Shown in pieces: positions 33,711-41,391 of a stretch of DNA of 41,391 bases. The stretch comes from Octopus bimaculoides (Eukaryota). Below the pieces are notes generated by a model that did not search any database, had not been told where the DNA came from, and was given only the letters and a program-made list of their open reading frames with translations. Made by a program: the position numbers and the translations under genes. The stretch is taken from assembly GCF_001194135.2 (NCBI RefSeq), contig NC_068987.1:82125903-82167293 (forward strand), in the 5' to 3' direction. Every line of letters begins with the position of its first letter. Within the stretch, counting starts at the first letter, position 1.

Positions 33711-35630
33711 ATGGCTTCAAAAGAGACTAATTATTTAAGGAAGAGGCATGTGACCTCTCTGTGATTCAAAAGCTTGAAATTTTAAGAAAGTTAGAGGATG
33801 CTGCATTGGTTACATGAGTTTGTGAAAAGTAGGATGTTAAACAATAAACAGTTTTAGGCAATTGCAGCACTAATGACAAACTCATGGCATTTATAAAAAA
33901 GAATCTCAATGCAAGTTCTAAATCATCATTTCTTTGTGCAAGTAAGAGAATGAGACTTATAAAAGATACAGATCTTGAGCAGACAGTGACAAATTGGTTT
34001 ATTTACCAACGATCATATGACACCAACGTTTGTGGTATAGAAATTCAAAGTGCTGCTACTAAATTAGTTAAGCATATGAACAACAAGAATTTTAAAGCTG
34101 ACAGCATGTGGTTATAGCAATTTAGAATTGCCATAAACACATGCTATTACATAAAATGGATGATAATATTATCTGAAGGCATCTAATTTCCTAGGATAAT
34201 AAAATTACCCATAGTGAATCAGGCAATGCATCAAGGGGAGAAATGGAACCATTCAGAAAGAGCATAAATTTGAAGATCTTCCAATGTTCCAAGTGTATAA
34301 TGAGGACGAGACTGGATTCTATGTGCAGTCACTACTTTGGAATTCCCAAGAATGCAAAAATAGACTTTACACCTGGTTATCAATTAAGGTGCATTTTTAT
34401 GATGTTGTGTTGTGTAAACACAAATCATTTAAACCTTTTTAAAGTCAGTGGTGGTGGGAAATTCCACGCAACCTTGAGATTTGAAAGATGTAATTGTACC
34501 AACTAAAAGGTAATGAGTTAATATATCAACTACCAGCAGATTATTACCATTCCAGGAAACTGTGGTTCAACAGGTACATTTTACATGGTAAGATTTTCTC
34601 ACATTTTATTCCGGCCGAGAATAAATATTCTAGATAAATATTCTGCCTTCAAAATTTTTCTTGAAGCAAAAATGCTAATAATTTTGGACAACGCACAAAC
34701 TCACCTGAGTTATCCTCAGCTTGTTAGTGATGATGGTAAAGTAAGATGCATGTTCTTGCTATCCAATGTTACTTTGACAATCAAACTAACAGAATGAGGT
34801 ATACCTATAGCTTGAAAGAGATTATATCAATGAAGATATTTGTATGAAGTTATGGCATTAGAAGATTGCAATCACACACAAGAAACAAAAAGAACTCTCG
34901 GTAATGTTAAAAACTCAAGCCTTATGTTTGTAAAATTCAATTTAGCAGCTTCTTGGAATGCATTAAAAACAAACGATCAAGCTAATACCTGTTAAAAACT
35001 TTTGTACAAATTTGAGGTAGAAAACAAATTTGAAATAATCAAGTCAAGAGTCTTTCCTAATATACTTCTGAAGGCAGACAAAATAGATATTACATAGGAC
35101 AGTTTTGGAACCTGATTAGAAACCTGAGAGGCTCACCCTGGGCACAAAGTTGTAACAGAAGAAGGAATAAATAAGTAAATTTTCCCATAACCATAACAAA
35201 GATAACAAAGATGAGGAAGACGATGAGCTGTTGAGCAAACAACCCAAACACGCTCTTATCCAAGAATTCCCTGATAACGTCATTCCATACGTTAACTTGT
35301 CAACAGTAACTGATAATATTCAGCAACATTATCAATGTCTAAAAGCTTAAGGGGAACTTATCAGGAAGCAGCATCAAAGATTTTGTTGCTATTTTTGCTG
35401 GTTGAGCAACTCCATAAAGACCCTTCCTTGTTGGCTCGTATTATTAGAAGTGAAATTGATAAGTCACTGTAGTGCGAGACTATCAGTTCCTGTTTCGACT
35501 TCAAATTTGCTACTGGCAGTTCATTGTGTATCTCGCCTGTACATGTCATTCTGCATACTTCAGTATACGAAGCTGTTTCAGAAACTATTAACTGGTTTTT
35601 TAACATTGTTATCTGAGATAGACAGGTGTC
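33711..35630 (+). mobile_element. pogo/Tigger-family transposase pseudogene
   Basis: RKRHVT..IQKLEILRKLE (HTH-psq), KRMR..DLEQTVTNWF..FKADSMWL (CENP-B HTH), VYNEDETGF and IILDNAQTH (DDE), with many stops and frameshifts. The right end is approximate. Confidence 0.85.
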
Positions 35631-35883
35631 CCAGCCAAGGAAAAATTTATTTCTCTTCTATTTATTAACATGAAACTTCAGTCAGTCAAGCCACATGGTA
35701 TTGGAAATATTTATATTCAATTACTTGTGGATCATAGACATGAAATATCAGATTTATTTATAAATGTGGTCAGGGCTATCATACATTGAATAAAACATCT
35801 ACGTCTGTCATTGATTATAAATGACAACCTTTTCAGAAGTTTCAAAAAAATTGAATTCTTCTTATGTGCATTACTCCCTCATC

Positions 35884-36048
35884 TATGTTTGAAGTGTTGG
35901 TGTGTGGTAAGTAGTCCACTTCCCAACCAAGTGGTCTAAGGTTCAGTCCCACTGTCTGGTACCTAGGGCAAGTGTCCTTTTATTATAGCCCTGGGGCAAA
36001 TCAAAACCTTGAGAGCAAATTTTGTAAACAGAAACTGAAAAGCGCTTG

Positions 36049-36100
<52 letters not shown>

Positions 36101-36246
36101 AATAATAAATGAGTATATGCATATATACGTACAAGTATGTGCATACCTACATCTACCTGTATATATAGGTGCATATCTGGGTACAGGACATTGCAAACAA
36201 AACGTAGACAAAAAAAAAATAATAATAACCAGAGTACAGAAAACAC

Positions 36247-36281
<35 letters not shown>

Positions 36282-36575
36282 TATTGTGTGTGTTTTTCGG
36301 AATGTATGCATGTGTTTAGGTGTATATGTCTATCTCTCTGTCTTAACATCACATGATTGTTGTAAATGAGCATCATTGTCATACAAGTGAGGTTGTTTAT
36401 TTCCGGTCTTCTGTGAAAAACATGTCTGACGATGGGGAAATATTACTTTACTTAAAAACAGGTGAGGGTTGGTGACAGGAAGGGCATCCAGCTGTAGAAG
36501 ATCGCTCTGCCTCAACAAATTCCATCTGACCCATGCAAGCTTGGAAAACCAGGCATTAAATGGTAATGATGAATA
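35884..36575 (+). mobile_element. SINE A head, long microsatellite linker and RTE-like tail
   Basis: Head at 35884-36050; tail at 36345-36575 ends ggcattaaatggtaatgatgaataatgat. Confidence 0.7.
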
Positions 36576-36592
36576 ATGATACACAAAGAGAG

Positions 36593-36630
<38 letters not shown>

Positions 36631-36640
36631 NNNNNNNNNN

Positions 36641-37043
36641 TTTTTGGGGAGGGGGCCAGTAGATTAGACTGACCTCAGTATGCAACTGCTATTTAATTTA
36701 TTGACCCTGAAAGGATGAAATGCAAAGTCAACCTCAGCGGAATTTGAACTCAGAATGTAGAGACAGATGAAATAATGCTAAGCATTTCGCCTGGTGTGCT
36801 AACGTTTCTTATTTCTTTATTGCCCACAAGAGGCTACACACAGAGGGGATAAACAAGGACAGACAAACGAATTAAGTCGATTATATCGACCCCAGTGCAT
36901 AACTGGTACTTATTTAATCGACCCTGAAAGGATGAAAGGCAAAGTCAACCTTGGCGCAATTTGAACTCAGAACGTAGCAGCAAACGAAATACCGCAAAGC
37001 ATTTCGCCCTGTGTACTAACGTTTCTGCCAGCTCATCGCCTTA
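36641..37043 (-). mobile_element. SINE B1-B2 heterodimer, second copy
   Basis: Minus-strand junction aaagaaataagaaacgttagcacacc at 36818-36793. Confidence 0.85.
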
Positions 37044-38379
37044 GCTGTAGAGACAGATTAAATAACAGAAAAGTACATTCATAACATATCACCAAGGTTA
37101 AATGTTTGTAGTAAAAGTTACTTATACTTTCAAGGATGCAAAAACTGCATCTGATCACTCAGAAATGTTGAAGCTAAGTGACCTGTTCAGTGACAAAATT
37201 CAGCACTGACAAGATGCAGCACAGAATTTTGTCAGGGAACTGGTTGCGGTCTCAAAGTGGCGAAAATATTTTGGCAAATTAAATTTAAATGCTGAAGTGA
37301 ATCTAACAGTTTTTTGTGTGTTTTTAAATGGCTTATAAACACCTTCCATGCTGCAATTGTTTCTAAAATAGTAGTTAGTAAGAAAGATAACAGAACCTGA
37401 TGCCAATAAGAAGATGGCTCTGCTCAATATGCAGAAAAGGAGCAAGTGGGAATTCTATACAGTACACCCAATATAAACTATGGACACGCAAGCAGTGTAG
37501 TGGGATTATCGACTGGATTTTAGGGAACAAAGATTTTATACAAAGCAGAAGCACAAAATAAGTCAGCAGTAAAAGTATGAGTGAAATATATTCTTTGAAA
37601 TGCTAGATAGGTAACCTGGGAGTTGATAGATTCTGTTTTCTAGGTGACTAGAAAAGGATGTTCTGAAAGTATAGTTGCCAGTGTAAAAAAGAGGGTAGAA
37701 AAGTTCAGAGATTTCCTACTTCTGCTGGCATGAAAAAAACTGTTTTTATAGAGTGAAGGGTAAATTTTATGCTGCTTGTTTTCAAAGTATGATGCTACAT
37801 GATAGCAAGTTGCAGATCGTTAATGTAGAAAATTCAATAAGATTGGAAAGAAGCTGAATGAATATGCTCTCTTGGGTGTGAAATATTAGTGTGTATGAAC
37901 GATGGAGCACAAATAATCTAAGAGAAAAACTGATTATTAGAGTTATTAGATATACTGTGCAAGGGAGGAAACTATACTGAGATGGAGTGCCTTCAGTATT
38001 CCCTCAGCTATATTGTTTCTATTCAATCTCCTTACCAACAAACCTCATGTAGCTACCTATCACACATATACTTTCTCTCTCTCTCTCTCAATCTTTCTTT
38101 CATTGCACTCACTTTTATTGCCTTCCCATTGTGTGTCTCTTTCATCTCTCTCCCTTCTGCGCACTATTAATGAGACAACTATCTTGTGATGAATCAACAG
38201 AGACAACATGGTATTGTGAAATTTCTTTAGTTTTATCAGGAACACAGCAAATACTCAAGTGATAGTGCTTTGGTAAAATGCATCTGCTACCTTCTGTAAA
38301 GTGGTTAGCAAATAATCACAGCAAACCAGTCAAAAGAATCCTTTCATCTACCTGAAAACATGACAACCTCTCTGGAGTT

Positions 38380-38850
38380 GGTGTCAGAAAAAAATACACT
38401 CAACACAATCTGTAAAGTGACTGGTGAATGGATGGGGTTCATGCAGTGTAGAGAAAACTCTTAACAGAAAGGACACAATGAAGTTGTCCTTTTGGCTCGT
38501 TGTTGGAATGTATCATTGTGGTGTCTTTTCTGTTAGTATTTCCATGCTCATTGTTCTGATGGACTTTTTAGTCAAGTACCCTCTGTCGAGACTTTTAAAC
38601 ATGTTATGCTTGTCTTCCCTGGTGCATCATTTCCCTATTGAGCTTGATGTTAGTCATAATTCCTTTTATTCTAACAGCTTCTTTCTTTGAACTGCTGCCG
38701 TCTGGAACTCATTTACCATCATCATGTTTTCCTCTGGATTATGATATTCAGTCCTTTGAGATTTCTGTTTATCAACTTCTTTTGAATTTGTAGGCCCCTT
38801 TTTTTCCCTTTATTGTAGTCCTTTATGCAACAGTAGCTTTGAGCCTTGTT
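38380..38850 (-). mobile_element. Possible highly degenerate RTE ORF2 remnant
   Basis: Faint similarity to the RWTEY / PKKGNL region with many disruptions. Confidence 0.3.
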
Positions 38851-39310
38851 GGCACAAAACAGTACAGACCAAAATAGAAAAAAAAAAAAAGAGAAAAAAT
38901 AATGTTGCCATGAATACAACTCTCTTCTACTGCTGGATCCTTGCAAAATGATTTGCAACAAGAAAGACATCCAACTACAGGACCCAAACCAACAACAAAA
39001 TGTAGAATGTACAGGTGAGATTTAATCCCTAATCCAGTTAGGAAGGTAGAAATATTGAATGGAAATTGACTCTATCCATGATAACTCATTAATCCATGAT
39101 ACACTGTATGAAATAGAGAACATAAAATGATAAAGATGATGATGAGGGTATATATATATATATATATATATATTTGTGTACGTGCTTGCATGTATGCATA
39201 TATACATGCACACTCTCACACATATAAATATATTCTCAATTATGCACATAAAAAAACATTTATTTTTAATTATATATACATCTACCTATCTATCTATCCA
39301 TCTATATATC

Positions 39311-39347
<37 letters not shown>

Positions 39348-40284
39348 NNNNNNNNNNNNNNNNNNNNNNNNNNNNNNNNNNNNNNNNNNNNNNNNNNNNN
39401 NNNNNNNNNNNNNNNNNNNNNNNNNNNNNNNNNNNNNNNNNNNNNNNNNNNNNNNNNNNNNNNNNNNNNNNNNNNNNNNNNNNNNNNNNNNNNNNNNNNN
39501 NNNNNNNNNNNNNNNNNNNNNNNNNNNNNNNNNNNNNNNNNNNNNNNNNNNNNNNNNNNNNNNNNNNNNNNNNNNNNNNNNNNNNNNNNNNNNNNNNNNN
39601 NNNNNNNNNNNNNNNNNNNNNNNNNNNNNNNNNNNNNNNNNNNNNNNNNNNNNNNNNNNNNNNNNNNNNNNNNNNNNNNNNNNNNNNNNNNNNNNNNNNN
39701 NNNNNNNNNNNNNNNNNNNNNNNNNNNNNNNNNNNNNNNNNNNNNNNNNNNNNNNNNNNNNNNNNNNNNNNNNNNNNNNNNNNNNNNNNNNNNNNNNNNN
39801 NNNNNNNNNNNNNNNNNNNNNNNNNNNNNNNNNNNNNNNNNNNNNNNNNNNNNNNNNNNNNNNNNNNNNNNNNNNNNNNNNNNNNNNNNNNNNNNNNNNN
39901 NNNNNNNNNNNNNNNNNNNNNNNNNNNNNNNNNNNNNNNNNNNNNNNNNNNNNNNNNNNNNNNNNNNNNNNNNNNNNNNNNNNNNNNNNNNNNNNNNNNN
40001 NNNNNNNNNNNNNNNNNNNNNNNNNNNNNNNNNNNNNNNNNNNNNNNNNNNNNNNNNNNNNNNNNNNNNNNNNNNNNNNNNNNNNNNNNNNNNNNNNNNN
40101 NNNNNNNNNNNNNNNNNNNNNNNNNNNNNNNNNNNNNNNNNNNNNNNNNNNNNNNNNNNNNNNNNNNNNNNNNNNNNNNNNNNNNNNNNNNNNNNNNNNN
40201 NNNNNNNNNNNNNNNNNNNNNNNNNNNNNNNNNNNNNNNNNNNNNNNNNNNNNNNNNNNNNNNNNNNNNNNNNNNNNNNNNNNN
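39348..40284. other. Assembly gap (other gaps: 12206-12664, 16640-16753, 25694-25911, 28259-28649, 31292-31510, 36631-36640)
   Basis: N runs, mostly flanked by microsatellites. Confidence 1.
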
Positions 40285-40419
40285 ATGTTTTAAATCCCCG
40301 CAGAGTTTTATATTTGCTGAATTTTGTAACAGAAATAATTTCTCTCTAACAAAGAATAATGATAAACCAAAATCACATTTAATAAACTAAACCTGCCTAA
40401 AGAATTTTATTTTCCATTG

Positions 40420-40790
40420 CTGCTGCTATTATGTTTTGTTTTGTTTTTGTTTTTGTTTTAGGTACATGTTGAATTAGTTCTTCTTCTTCTTCTTCTTCTT
40501 CTTCTTCTTCTTCTTCTTCTTCTCCTTCTTCTTTTTCTACCATCACCACCACCACTACTATTACTACTCTACAATCTCTTCCCTCTTCTTTTTCTTGTGG
40601 CTGTTGTTGTTCTTCTTTTTCTTCCCCTTCTTTTTCTTCCTCTTGTCCTTTTCTTCCTCCTTCCCCTCCATTGTCATCCACTTCTTTCCCCCCTCCTCCT
40701 CTACCTCTTCCCCCATCATTCTTTATCACCATTTCTACTTCCCTTCTCCTCTTACTCCTCCTCCACCTCCTTCCTTATTCTCTTCAGTTG
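40420..40790. repeat. Polypyrimidine (TCT)n/(CCT)n low-complexity tract
   Basis: Directly visible; source of the Glu-rich minus-strand pseudo-ORF. Confidence 0.9.
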
Positions 40791-40893
40791 TCTTCACAAA
40801 ATCTCATCACAACTGCATGATCTGAAGGCAAGAAGCTAGTTGATCAAAGAATGCACAGACCTTCAATGACGTGCACATACACACACACAATTG

Positions 40894-40928
<35 letters not shown>

Positions 40929-41311
40929 ATTCATACACATGCATCACACACATACTTACTACTCACACAAACACACACATACACACAGATACACAGACCT
41001 CGCGTTTACTCACTCACTATTGATGTAGGAGACCATTAATGCTGTGTGTGTGTGTTTGTGTGTAGAGGGAGAGAGAGAAAGAAAGAATTATGGAATTTCA
41101 GTTATTTAAAATCTATCTATCTATACATATCTATATATATTTATATATATATATATACACACAAAAATTTGTGTGTGTGTGTGGTGTTATTTCTACATAC
41201 TATCAATATTGCAAAATATATAATGATGTTACATACAGTTTTATGCACTGCAACGGAAACTGTTTTTGATGATATAAGCTGTCAATGTTGCTTTCATATG
41301 TTGTAACTACT

Positions 41312-41391
<80 letters not shown>

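Noticed and set aside
35361-35606. 81-aa minus-strand ORF
   Set aside because: Lies antisense within the 3' part of the pogo remnant and has no donor.
40397-40839. Glu-rich minus-strand ORF
   Set aside because: Arises from a (TCT)n polypyrimidine tract.

Overview
AT-rich, repeat-dense animal genomic DNA with seven N gaps, six of them next to microsatellite or low-complexity tracts. The tRNA-headed SINE families, RTE LINE tails ending in (GAT)n and the microsatellite load suggest a coleoid cephalopod, probably Octopus (inference from recalled repeat landscapes, not a database match). There is no intact long ORF, no prokaryotic feature and no CRISPR array; most track ORFs are microsatellite or N artefacts. 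Recognisable content is decayed transposons: RTE and R4/Dong-like non-LTR remnants, a Gypsy integrase plus 3' LTR, mariner, DD37D and pogo/Tigger transposase pseudogenes, hAT-type MITEs and many SINE copies. A few minus-strand exon candidates may belong to an unidentified host gene, in which case most of the window is intronic. I found no convincing new multi-gene system. The best leads are small: a hammerhead-like motif in a short repeat, a 65-bp double-hairpin array in the RTE 3'UTR, a recurrent heterodimeric SINE, an LTR fragment inside a mariner, and several foldbacks. All alignments, identities and translations outside the ORF track were done by eye.
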